Counted from the stretch's first letter, positions 1 to 9,673 are shown. The stretch: 20,000 bases of DNA from Chiloscyllium plagiosum (GCF_004010195.1 NC_057711.1:79672000-79691999), one strand, 5' to 3'. The notes: generated by a model not told the origin, from the letters alone. Numbers and translations: made by a program.

Positions 1-610
1 TCGTGAATAGCTAGGGAGCAAGCACTAATACCTGTGTACTTCTAAATTACTGACTTCTAGCCGGCAAAATACCAATTTATTCCTTCCTTCTGTTTCCTCT
101 CTCCTCAGCAATTCTTATTCCATGCCAATATATTGCCATCATTCCTATGTATTATGATTTTGCACCATAATCTCTTACATGAAACATCATCAAAAGTTTT
201 ATGGAAGTCTAAATATGCCACATCCACTTATACTTCCTTTTCTATTCTTATAGATATGTCCTCAAAAAGTTCTGGCAGCTGTGTCAAACATAACTTTCCT
301 CTCATAAATCCATTCTGAGTTTGACTCTTTGCCGATATTTTCGAAATATCCTGTTAGTTTATCCTTTAAAAGACTCTTAACATTTTATCTAATATTGATG
401 TTAGGTTAATCAGACAGTAACTTCCTCCTTTCACCTTTCTTCCTGTTTTAATGAGTGGACTTACACTTGCCATCCTCCACACGACCATCTCTGTTCCTGA
501 ATTTACAGAATTTTGGAAGATGACAAAAAAAATCCACTATTTCCATAACCATCGTGTTAGGTAACCCAGGTTTCAGATTACAAGATCCTTGGGATTTATC
601 TGTTTATAGT
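1..610 (-). mobile_element. Degraded CR1-clade LINE ORF2 (reverse transcriptase) fragment
   Basis: The minus strand gives decayed CR1 RT motifs in the expected order: DKSPGPD-like (~600), W.vA.V.Pl.K (~480-450), GFM.gKlCLT.L.E.FE (~315-260), VDVAYLDF.K.FD.V..KRL (~225-170). Many stops and frameshifts. Confidence 0.85.
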
Positions 611-620
611 CCCTTCATTT

Positions 621-947
621 CTCTACATTCAATGGAAGCAGGCCATTCGGCCAACAAGACCATACCAACTCTCTGAAAAGCATCCCATCCAGCCAAACTC
701 CCTTGCCCTATTCCTGTAGTCCTGCATTTCACATGGCTAACCCATCTAGCCTGCACATCCCTGGACGCAATGGGTAATTTAGAATTGCCAATCCACCTAA
801 CATCTTGAACTGTGAGAGCAAATTGGAGCATCTGGAGGAAACCCACGCAGACATGGGAAGAGTATGTAAACTCCACACAGTCACCTGAGGGTGGAATTGA
901 ACTTGGGTCCCTGCTGCTGTGAAGCAGCAGTGTTAACCACTGTGCCG
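621..947 (-). mobile_element. HE1-type V-SINE (tRNA-derived elasmobranch SINE), older diverged copy
   Basis: The reverse complement starts GGCACAGTGGTTAACACTGCTGCTTCACAG, contains the core TGTCTGCGTGGGTTTCCTCC and ends in the GGCCGAATGGCCTGCTTCC tail. It is homologous to 18052-18357. Confidence 0.92.
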
Positions 948-949
948 TC

Positions 950-1312
950 TAAAATGAACTGGACTGACTAACTACATAAGTGCTAGAGCCATAACAGCAG
1001 GTCAGAGGCAAGGAATCCTATAACAAGTAACTCATTTCTTGACTCTACAGATCCTGTCCTCCTGTCAAGGCACATGACACCAAGTTATAGTCCAATAGGT
1101 TTATTTAAAATCACAATCACCTGACAAAGGAGCAGTGCTCCAAAAGCTTGAGATTTTAAATAAGGTTGGACTATTGTGACTTTGGACTTTGTCCACCTCA
1201 GTCCAACACCAGTTTCTCCATATCATGTCAAGGCATAAGGAGCATGATGGAGTATTCCTCATTTGCCTCAATCAGCACTACTCCAACAGCACTCGAAAAG
1301 TTCAACACCACT
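950..1312 (+). mobile_element. LINE ORF2 3' fragment of the same family as 9674-11310, interrupted by the 1073-1225 mini-element
   Basis: AACTGGACT...ACAGCAGGTCAGAG and CAAGGCA...GGAG..TGATGGA.TA.TCC.CA.TTGCCT match 10843-11050. Confidence 0.8.
1073..1225 (+). mobile_element. Short hairpin Penelope-like-derived element with a decayed hammerhead motif and a 10-bp TSD
   Basis: Direct repeat TGTCAAGGCA at 1063-1072 and 1226-1235. Inverted arms at 1087-1116 and 1148-1174. Centre CTGACAAA-GGAGC-AGT-GCTCC-AAAAGCT. Confidence 0.75.
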
Positions 1313-1410
1313 GATGTGCTACAAATAAAACCCTATTATTCCAAATATCATCATAAAGTTGAAGATTTTATCAAAGTATGCAGAATTTTCTAAAGTGCTT
1401 ATCTTTTTAG

Positions 1411-1491
1411 ACCCAAGTTGACAGAAACCATGGACTACATTTCTGTACTTAACAAGAATTACTATGTATTTCAGTTAAATCGAGTCTACAG
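1411..1491 (+). CDS. Candidate internal coding exon (81 bp, phase 2-2) of an unidentified host gene: (x)PKLTETMDYISVLNKNYYVFQLNRVY(R/S)
   Basis: Polypyrimidine acceptor ATCTTTTTAG ends at 1410 and a strong donor AG|GTAAGC starts at 1492. Only one frame is open, the length is a multiple of 3, and I recognise no repeat here. The protein is not recognised. Confidence 0.6.
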
Positions 1492-2197
1492 GTAAGCATT
1501 TCTGAAATGTCATGGAACTCTACTGATTAAAAGTTTCACCTCCTTGTAAAACTCCCCTAATACACTCATGCAGACAGATCTCCAAAAAAAAAGTTTGTGA
1601 TAGGTGAAAGGAAAACCTGGGAATGCAAATCGAATGTCTCTATCCTCAGGGTTCACTGAAATGTTCCTTTTGGCTTGACAGGACTTGTTGCTTCTTTATC
1701 AGTCTTCCTCAGGAATGATCACTGGCATGCAAGAGGCACAGAGCGACTCGTTTACAACTTATAAAGTCTCTGAATCATTGGTTAGAACTTACAACAACTA
1801 GTGAGGGAAAATAAACAGACTTTCTTTAAGCTTTTGGTATATTTTTCATGGCAGAGAAAGTCCAAGGCTTATGACTACCTTGTTCACACTCAAGTTGTTC
1901 AGCAACTTGGCGTCAAGTAGTTGTTGGCAGGCACAAGTCCTTTGTTTTCATCACTCCACAGATCAATCAGCTACTTTTTGCTGTACAATTCTAATTTTGT
2001 ATGCACCTGCTTGTTGCCTGTTCATCTGCAACTAAATGTCTCCCAATGTTTGAATACATAGCAGAGTAAACAGTACTTAATATAAGTGCTATTCGTTTGC
2101 TTTTGAAAAGTGCAGCAATCCTTTCCACAATCCTTGGTTTTTGAAACAATCCGTTTTCCCATTTCAGTCTACAATCAAAAATACAGAAAAACAAAAC

Positions 2198-3001
2198 ATT
2201 TCCAGAAGGCATTTGGTAATATTCCCCATTAAAGATTATTTCAGAAAATAAAAGGTCTCAGTGTAGGGGTTAGTATATGAGCATGTATAAATGATTAGCT
2301 GGCTAACAGAAAGTAGGTTCTAATAGGGTCTTTTACATATTGGCAAATGTTATAGAGGAAGCCACTGGGATCAGTGCTGGGACCTTAACTGCTTACAATT
2401 TACATAACCAACTTAGATGAATGGGCTGATGGCCCATTTGCCAAATTTGCTGATGACACAAAGGGAGAGGAAATTATTTTGTGAAGAAGACATAAGGAGG
2501 CTTCAATAAGGTATAGTTTAAGTGGTTGAACAAATATTTAGCAGAGTAAAATATGGGCATTGTAAAATTTCCATTTGACAGGCAGAATAAAAAAAAATGT
2601 CTATTATGTAAATGGTCAGAGGTTATAGAGCTCTCAGATGTATAGAAATCTGGTGTCCTTGTGCATGTATTGTAAAAGGTTATAACACAGGTTCCGGTAA
2701 TTAGGAAAGCCAATATGTTGTTATAATTTATCATAAAGGGGAATTGAAAACTAAAGTAGGGAGGAGATACATGGCATTGGCGAGACTGTATCTGGTATAC
2801 AGTGCTCAGTATTGGTCAGCTCATTTGAGGACAGATGTAAATGTGTTGGGGGCATTTCAGAGAAGCTTTATTAGATTAAAAGCTAGAATTAGAGGATTGT
2901 TTTATGTGGAATATTTGGACAGTTTAGGCTTTTTCCTGTTAGAAGTTTAGAAAAGTAAGATTGTAACATATAAAATCCTGAGGGCTCTTGACAGGGTAGA
3001 T
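2198..3001 (+). mobile_element. Degraded CR1 LINE ORF2, 5' part (RT core)
   Basis: Decayed FQKAF..IP, GSVLGP, KFADDTK (GCCAAATTTGCTGATGACACAAAG ~2440-2463) and YSAQYWS...DV..L..FQRSF.RL motifs. Confidence 0.88.
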
Positions 3002-3470
3002 AGGAGCGTGGTGACACCATGGTAATGTCACTGGTCTAATGGTTCAAAGCCCTAGGCTAATATTCTGCGGGTATGTGTTTGAAATCCACAAAGGCAGTTG
3101 GGGACATTTGAATTCAATAAAAATCTGGAATCAATAAGTAACCTTATGATAACCTAGTTTAAAAAAGGTGATTTTCTCCAATGTCTTTTCCTTTGGAGAA
3201 GGAAATCTGCCATCCTTACCAGGTCTGGCATAAATGGGATTTCAGGCACACATCAAAGTGGTTGCCTCTTAACTGCCCTCTGTGCAATTAGGGATGGGCA
3301 ATAAATGCTGGCCTATTTGGTGATATCTATATTCCATGTATAAATGATTAGCTGGCTAACAAAAAGTAGGTTCTAATAGGGTCTTTTACATATTGGCAAA
3401 TGTTATAGAGGAAGCCACCAGGATCAGTGCTGGGACCTCAACTGCTTACAATTTACATGAATGAATACAG
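3002..3470 (+). mobile_element. tRNA-derived MetaSINE-like (SlmI-like) SINE inserted in CR1, with a 124-bp templated insert in its tail
   Basis: Homologous to 5738-6075: TTTGAATTCAATAAAAATCTGGAAT, GAAGGAAATCTGCCATCCTTACC.GGTCTG and tail GCAATTAGGGATGGGCAATAAATGCTGGCC. Confidence 0.78.
3335..3458 (+). repeat. 124-bp direct duplication of 2282-2405
   Basis: By eye, 120 of 124 positions are identical with no indels. Confidence 0.95.
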
Positions 3471-3475
3471 AGAAA

Positions 3476-3655
3476 TGATGTGGGGAGGACGTTTCGATGG
3501 ATAACTGTTTAAAACTGAGCAGAACTTCAAACATTTTTCCCCAGCGGTGTGAATCTTTCAAACTCCCTTCCTGAACATGTGGTGCAAGCAGAGTCCTTGA
3601 GCATTGTTAAGGCAGAGGTAGGTCGATTCTTGTTAAGCAAGGGGGTGAAAGAGAT
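3476..3655 (+). mobile_element. Continuation of the CR1 LINE (ORF2 C-terminus) after the SINE insertion
   Basis: NL.NSLPE.VV.AESLSI.KAEV.RFL..KG is the typical CR1 ORF2 C-terminal motif. It is collinear with 2198-3001. Confidence 0.8.
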
Positions 3656-3679
3656 AGAGAATACAAATTTGGACATAAA

Positions 3680-3910
3680 GTTTCCCCTGGCACTCTTTCA
3701 AAGAATAACAGGGATTTTATTCTCATCTGTTATTCCTGGTAAACATTTGTCATTCAATCAACATCGCAACAACAGATTACCTGGTCATGATCAGGTGCTG
3801 CTTGTGGAAGCTTGCTGTGTGCAAATTGGCTCCAATATTTCCTGCAGGATAACCTTGATTACATTTCATCTGGTTTCAATTTCTTTGGGACATCTAATGC
3901 TCTTTAAAGA
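3680..3910 (+). mobile_element. Deu-domain SINE remnant (SacSINE1/AmnSINE-like)
   Basis: ACAGATTACCTGGTCAT...TGCTGCTTGTGGAAGCTTGCTGTGTGCAAATTGGCT resembles the conserved Deu core as I recall it. Confidence 0.7.
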
Positions 3911-3981
3911 TGAACTTGAAAGTTAAAGATGTTGAAAGATTGTCTCAGCCTACTATGTACATGTACATTACTGTTTTACAG

Positions 3982-4021
3982 CAGATTGCACGGTTTACCT
4001 GCGTCATGTCTTAAAGAATGA
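3982..4021 (+). CDS. Candidate terminal coding exon: (S)RLHGLPASCLKE-stop
   Basis: Acceptor CTGTTTTACAG|CAG| (NAGNAG). It is phase-compatible with the 1491 donor, ends at TGA 4019-4021, and retains two CpGs in a CpG-poor background. The exon is short, so chance is not excluded. Confidence 0.4.
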
Positions 4022-4327
4022 GGACACTTTATATTGAACTTGTGTTCACACAGTGCAATTAGGAACCTGAACTTTAACTGCGGTGGACCCAGTTTGTCTT
4101 GGTAGTTAAATGAGATAACACAGCTGGATTTTGAAGGTAGGCACTTGTTAGAAGATTCATTGGGAACCAGGAAGAGCAGCATTGACCTCCATCAGTCAAC
4201 ATCAGATTTTGAATCTCCTGCCCCCGTATCTATAGATCCTCCCAAACTGCTATCATCCTCTTCAGTGCTACCATGCAACCTTGACTCTTCATATTTTCAG
4301 GGATTGTCCAAACAATCTGTAACCATG

Positions 4328-4680
4328 ACATGGTGGCTCAGTGGTTAGCACTGCTGCCTCACAGTACTAGGGTTCTGGGTTTGAACCCACCCTTGTACAA
4401 CTGGCTGCATGGAGTTGGCACATTCTTCCTGTGTCTGTGTGGATTTACTCTGGGTGCTCTGGTTTCCTCCCACAGTCCGAAGATGTTCAGGTTAGGTAGA
4501 TTGGCCATGCTATAATTGCCCATGATGTCAAGGAATGTGCAGGTTAGGTGGACTAACCATGGAAAATGTGGGCTTATGGAAATAATGTAGGGGGAGTCAA
4601 ACTGAGTTGGATGCTCTTCGGAGGGTCAGTGTGGACTCGGGCTGAATGGCCTGCTTCCATAATGTAAGGATTGTAGAATC
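4328..4680 (+). mobile_element. HE1-type V-SINE
   Basis: Head GGTGGCTCAGTGGTTAGCACTGCTGCCTCACAG, core GGTTTCCTCCCACAGTCC and tail GGGCTGAATGGCCTGCTTCC. Confidence 0.92.
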
Positions 4681-5390
4681 TGTTCTAATAAAGTAAGTTA
4701 ATGACCTTTTGACATTGGTCTTCCTGCATAACAATCTACTAGTTGGGAACTGGATTACTAAAATATAATAACAATGTTCTGTCGGCAGGACTTTCACAGC
4801 CTCAAGATTTCTGATGGTACCCCTATTACATGCTTCCCATCTTGTCACAAAAATTGTAACTGTAACTTAACATGACAATAAAAACCTATATTGAAATTTA
4901 AAGAAAAATGGGGTCGTTAGATGCATTATTAGGACCCAACTAGTTAAAATTGAATAAAAAATGCTTAAATGTTCATGATGAGCTGGGTCTAATTCTGTAA
5001 TACCATTCAACTTTGTACAAGAATACTGTTCATACCTTAACTTTTGTGGAATTAGTTTAATATGCATAGGTTCTAAATTCAGTTTCAGAGTAAATTTACT
5101 TCAAAGTTGATGTTCAATATGGATTCTACGTTTTGCCATCAAATGTAATTCAGATCCTTAAGAATAAAAATGTAATGACCAATCAGTTATTTCAATTCTG
5201 ACAAGAAAATTAAAATCTAAGTGGTCAGGCCAACCACTAAAGTCAAAATTAGTCAAAGTGGATCTTTTGTTTTCAGTTGTTTCAGAGAATTAACATTTGT
5301 CACAGTCAAGAACGGCCCAATTATCAGAATATTATATACCATTACACTAAGTAGAGGAAAAAGTAGATTCTTGAGAAAGATAGAAAGGTT

Positions 5391-5730
5391 TAGAATCATA
5401 GAATCCCGACAGTATGGAAAAAGGCCATTTGGCCCAACAAGACCACACCAACCTGCTGAAGAGTAACCCACTCAGACCCATCCCTCTACCCTGTTACTCT
5501 ACATTTACCCCTGACCAATGCACCTAACCTAGGCATCCCTGAATACAATGGGCAACTTAGCATGACCAATTCACCTAATTTGCACATCTTTGGATTGTGA
5601 GAGGAAACTGGAGCACCCAGATGAAACCTATGCAGACACAGGAAGAACCTGCTAATTCCACATTGACAGTTGCCCAAGGCTGGAATTGAACCTGGATCCC
5701 TGGCACTGTGAGGCCAAAGTGCCTCCCACT
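5391..5730 (-). mobile_element. HE1-type V-SINE
   Basis: Reverse complement of the HE1 body and tail, with a TAGAATCATAGAATC terminal repeat on the + strand. Confidence 0.9.
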
Positions 5731-5737
5731 TATCTCA

Positions 5738-6075
5738 GGGGGAGGCAATAGCCTAGTGGTATTATTGCTAGACTGTTAATCCAGAGACCCAGGTAATGAT
5801 CTGGGGACCTGGGTTTGAATCCCACCATGGCAGATGGTGAAATTTGAATTCAATAAAAAAAGTCTGGAATTCAGAGTCTAATGATGATCATGGATCCAAT
5901 GTTGATTGTCGGAAAAACCCATCTGGTTCCTAATGTCCTTTAGGGAAGGAAATTGCCTTCCTTACCTGGTCTGACCCACAGCAATGTGGTCAATGTTTAA
6001 TTGCCCTATGGGCAATTAGGGATAGGCAATAAATGCTGCCTAGCCAGTGATGCCTTAATCCCGTGAATGATTAAA
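5738..6075 (+). mobile_element. tRNA-derived MetaSINE-like (SlmI-like) SINE, near full length
   Basis: Pol III A-box-like TAGCCTAGTGG (5749-5759), B-box-like GGTTTGAATCC (5812-5822), core AAAACCCATCTGGTTCCTAATGTCCTTTAGGGAAGGAAA, and tail GGGCAATTAGGGATAGGCAATAAATGCTGCCTAGCCAG...GAATGA. Confidence 0.82.
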
Positions 6076-6094
6076 TATATAAAAGTATATATAT

Positions 6095-6320
6095 TTAATG
6101 CAGTTCATGGTCTTAGAATGTTGAGAAATGCCTTCCAGTCTACTAAATGTCTTTGATGTTTTGTTATTGCTGTTGCACTGGAAACATAATAGCAAACATG
6201 GATATAGCAAGATCCCACAACAGCTATATAATACCGAACAAAATAAAACTGTTTAAGTAATGTTGGCTTACGGATAAATGTTAGTCAACCAGAAGAGATT
6301 TCCTTTCTTTGAAATAGACT
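6095..6320 (-). mobile_element. Old Deu-domain SINE remnant
   Basis: AGCAAGATCCCACAACAGC and ATGTTGG...GGATAAATGTT are reverse complements of the Deu core seen at 3740-3830. Highly diverged. Confidence 0.55.
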
Positions 6321-6424
6321 GTCCCTTTATCAGAAGCAAGGATGACCTATCCATAATGACAGAAGTTCAGGCCTTACCAAGGAATATGAGGTGTTGCTGA
6401 GTTAGAGACTGTTAGCAAAAATAA

Positions 6425-6690
6425 AATTCAGTGAGATTGAATGAAAAGACTGAATCCAAGAGCAACTGAGTAAAAAATGGTGAAGGAGTGGGTGATCCAC
6501 AGAGGAGAATGAGAGAGGTTGACTGAATGAGTAAGCAACTGATAGGCCAGTAAATGTGCAAGAGTGAATGACTGAGTTTGATTGAATAAAAAGGCTGAGT
6601 AAGAGTGTGTAATGAGTGAGATAGTGATTGAGACAGTGGGTGAATGGAAGAATGCAAAATTAGTTTGAATGATGAATGTGAGAGATTCAT
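6425..6690 (+). repeat. Degenerate (GAGT/GAAT/GACT)n low-complexity tract
   Basis: Recurring TGAGT/TGAAT/TGACT units with purine bias. This explains the spurious SHSL-rich ORF 6412-6708. Confidence 0.75.
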
Positions 6691-7099
6691 GTAGTATATA
6701 ACATACATACAGCTACATGTCTATCTATGATTTGTAATATGGTTGAAGCTAACTGTAGCCAGTCAAATTATTGCATAAATTGATTTCTTAGTATGTGGGA
6801 ATATGTATTACTATGGCTCAACCAATATTACATAATACAACCAACATAAATACTATTGAAATGCTTTCTTTAAATAGACTGTTGTTCAAATTGCACTGTT
6901 AAGTAAGGTTTTGGGTTTAACGTCTGTGCAAGGATTTAATTATATAATCTATGTGAACATTTGTGCAATGTTGAAGAGCTATTGTCTACTATATTACCAC
7001 ATTTCAATGGAACACTAAACTTAGATCCCTATCTGACTGGTCAGATGAAAGTGAACAATTTTTCCAAACTATTCAGGACACTCAGTGTTCCTGTGTCCC

Positions 7100-7380
7100 C
7101 TCTGGACCTGATTTCTCTCATTCACCCCACCTCCACTAAAAACTGTATCACTTATCTCACCACCTTGTACATGAGTTACCCTACTCTCTTCTGGCATTCC
7201 CCCCTCTACCCCAGGTGGCACCCTACACAACTGGTACCCTACCTACATTGCATCCTTGCCTCTACTCATTTGGCATCCTACACCTGACACCCTACCCTCT
7301 CCTCAACTGGAACACAACCCAACTTATGCCATATTCACTTGGCACACTAGTCCCTTACTAATCTGGCACCCTAACATCAC
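7100..7380 (+). repeat. Degenerate tandem array of CTGGCACCCTAC-like units
   Basis: Variants CTGGCATTCC, GTGGCACCCTAC, CTGGTACCCTAC, TTGGCATCCTAC, CTGACACCCTAC and CTGGCACCCTAA recur at roughly 15-45 bp spacing. Confidence 0.7.
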
Positions 7381-8189
7381 ATTTACCTTTTGGGGGGTGG
7401 GGGTGGGGGTACTTATGGCTTCACAGCAGCTTTCAAAATGGCTGTCAGGACATTTAAATTTCAGAATACAGAGCTGACTGCTGTGGGGGTGGGGTGGGGG
7501 TGGGGTTCGCACTCATGGTTCGACTTCCCCTGACAATTCAGCGCTATGAAAAATCTATCAGAATCTGCAATTCTGAGGGAGCCCTGTGCAAATCTCCAAT
7601 AAAATAAAGTGAAGCTCCTTTCTTTTATAGAAATGAGTGTTGGACTGGCGACCTGTGTAAGATTGTACAGTCACCAGTCAATAAGCTGAACATTTCTCAT
7701 CTGGCTCATCATGTCCATTTGGCTCACTCAATGGGCCATGGTCAGTCAATCAGCTCTGCCCGGTGAGATTATGGGGGAAGGGGGTTGGGGAAAGAGGGTA
7801 GCAAGAGCACCCGTTGCAATGGGAAGGAGAATCACATTGACAATTGGGTGGGGACCTGGCAAGTTACAATGCCAAAGGGATTTATGGGAAGTAACAGCTG
7901 ATAGGGGATGTAGATGTTTGGGGTCACACCAACACTTTGAGACAGACTCTGCAATTCAACAGCTAAGAAATGCTCATTGTCACCTTCCATTGTGCTAGAA
8001 ATCATAAAGGTACAATGCGGAAGAAAGTGGGTGTGACCACACTCGGAGTGGATAGGGTAAGTGACTCAACCTGTCAGGGATGGATGTGTTGCAGGACTCA
8101 CGAATGCTAGGGCTTTTAAGGGGAATGTCCATTACAGACAGAGTCATGCACTTTGCAGGACAGAGACCTTTGGAACATTGATGGTTGAT

Positions 8190-8390
8190 GTAACTGAGAA
8201 GACCATTGGCAGTGTTGGCCATTCCTCCGGATTTGGAGATGAGACTGACCTCAGACCAGGCTGAGAGGATCTGGTGGCATGGCCTCCTCTGTGAGTCCTT
8301 GAAAGATGACAGGCCTCCTCCTGTCGACCAAGACCTTCTGGACCCAGTTGGAGAATTGTGGTGCCATTTATTCTTTCTCCAATACGTTCA
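8190..8390 (-). pseudogene. Frameshifted Myb/SANT-like DNA-binding ORF remnant of a PIF/Harbinger transposon (element probably spans ~7660-8600)
   Basis: Minus-strand pieces MAPQFSNWVQKVLVDRRR.VIF, QRRPCHQILSAWSEV and RRNGQHCQ match the F-S...L, W.EVA and R...QC.K pattern of Harbinger Myb/SANT (NAIF1-like) domains. Confidence 0.55.
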
Positions 8391-8794
8391 AATTTGTCTG
8401 TGGCTAGGCACTGCAGATCTGGGTGCCCAATGGCCTTTCAAATATGGCACGATGCCAGTCTTTCTGCATTGAGGGATGAGTAGCTCTGGTAATGGCGCAT
8501 GGTAAGATGAGGTCAGATTCAGATGTGACAGATGCCATATAGGCAAGGTAGATAGTGTGGTGAGTTTGATGAGATATGGTAAGTAATCTCGACAGGCCTC
8601 ATAGTGGCAATCCCTCCAAATAGCTCAAAGGTACTTAGAGCCAGAAAAAATGTAATATTCAGCTCTGTGTAATAAATCAACTCTGTTTCTCAAGTTTAAG
8701 CTAATCTTCTGCTCATCCAATTTGTTCTAGTCCATGTAGTTAAAAGTAATGTGTACCTATTCTTATATATGTCCTGAGGTCTTAAATAGGAATT

Positions 8795-9028
8795 TCATGT
8801 CCTCATGGCCTGGCATATCCACCATTCAACCATTAGCATCAAGCCAGAGGATCGAAGTCTGGTTCAATGGAGAGTGCAGGAGGGTATGCCAGGAGCAGCA
8901 CCAGGCATACCTGAAGATGCAGTGTCGATCTGGTGAAGCCACTAAATAGGACTACTTACATGCCAAACAGCATAAGCAGCCAGTGAAAGACAGCTAAATG
9001 ATCCCACAACCAACTGATCAGTCTGTAC
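8795..9028 (+). mobile_element. 5' part of a CR1/L2-group LINE ORF2 (linker upstream of RT)
   Basis: WFNGECRRVCQEQHQAYLK is the PW(F)...C...K..AY linker motif. It is collinear with 9674-11310. Confidence 0.75.
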
Positions 9029-9673
9029 TGTTATGGACTAAGCCAGACCACTCAAAACATTCTTAAGCAGGCAGCTCAGACCATAACTTTGCAATTTGTT
9101 TTGGTAAGTGTACAGTGAAAATAACTTGGATTAAGTTAGCTAGGGTGACTACTAGATTTTAAAACAGACAAAACTTTATTCACAAAATTACACAATGAAA
9201 CACAAAGAACTGAATAAAGAACCCCTACAGAACTCCACCTATCCAACTAGACTTAATTATGCTGTTCCGAATATACACAACAGTCCCAAAAAGCAAACTC
9301 CCTTTAAAAACCAATATAAATGGAACACATGCTTACAGGTTGAAGTTGATGGGCAGAAAAGAAAGAGAGAGTTTCTACACAGCTCCCTGTTGAACTTCCA
9401 ACCAGCTCCAGAGTGAATTAAACTGCTCAGCTCAGCTAGAGAGCTGATCACTCCCCTTTCATTATACAGGTCACTCCTAAAACATGACCACTTTGGCCTG
9501 AAGTCTCATCTGTTTACATATAAACAAAAGACCTCTCAAAATCCTTTTCATCTCTGAACAAAACCAGACTGATCAGAGTCTACACGGTTTATTACTTCTC
9601 TGAAATGAATTGAGGACTGAGTCTCCTTGAGCCAAGGAACAGCTTTTAGAAAAGAAAATGGTCTAGCTAGGTG
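9029..9673 (-). mobile_element. Probable solo LTR inserted in the LINE
   Basis: A ~645-bp non-coding block interrupts the LINE and begins with TGTTATG. On the minus strand a TATA-like TATAAT (~9461-9466) lies upstream of AATAAA (9175-9180). The right terminus is degraded and no clean TSD is visible. Confidence 0.6.

Noticed and set aside
1600..1780. Octamer ATGCAAAT (~1623) and a nearby AG acceptor-like site considered as an enhancer or exon
   Set aside because: A single 8-mer can occur by chance in 20 kb of AT-rich DNA. There is no matching donor or long open frame, and conservation cannot be judged here.
1..2400. Inverted CR1 segments flanking the 81-bp exon considered as a circRNA driver
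   Set aside because: The two CR1 copies are too diverged by eye for stable pairing, and the exon is very short.
4145..4348. 67-aa Ser-rich ORF considered as an exon
   Set aside because: There are no convincing splice sites, it runs into an HE1, and it lies in the presumed 3' UTR.
6412..6708. 98-aa Ser/His/Leu-rich ORF
   Set aside because: It is the translation of a degenerate tetranucleotide tract.
7100..7380. Spaced CTGGCACCCTAC units considered as a CRISPR-like array
   Set aside because: The units are short, degenerate and irregularly spaced, the spacers are C-rich low complexity, and there are no cas genes.
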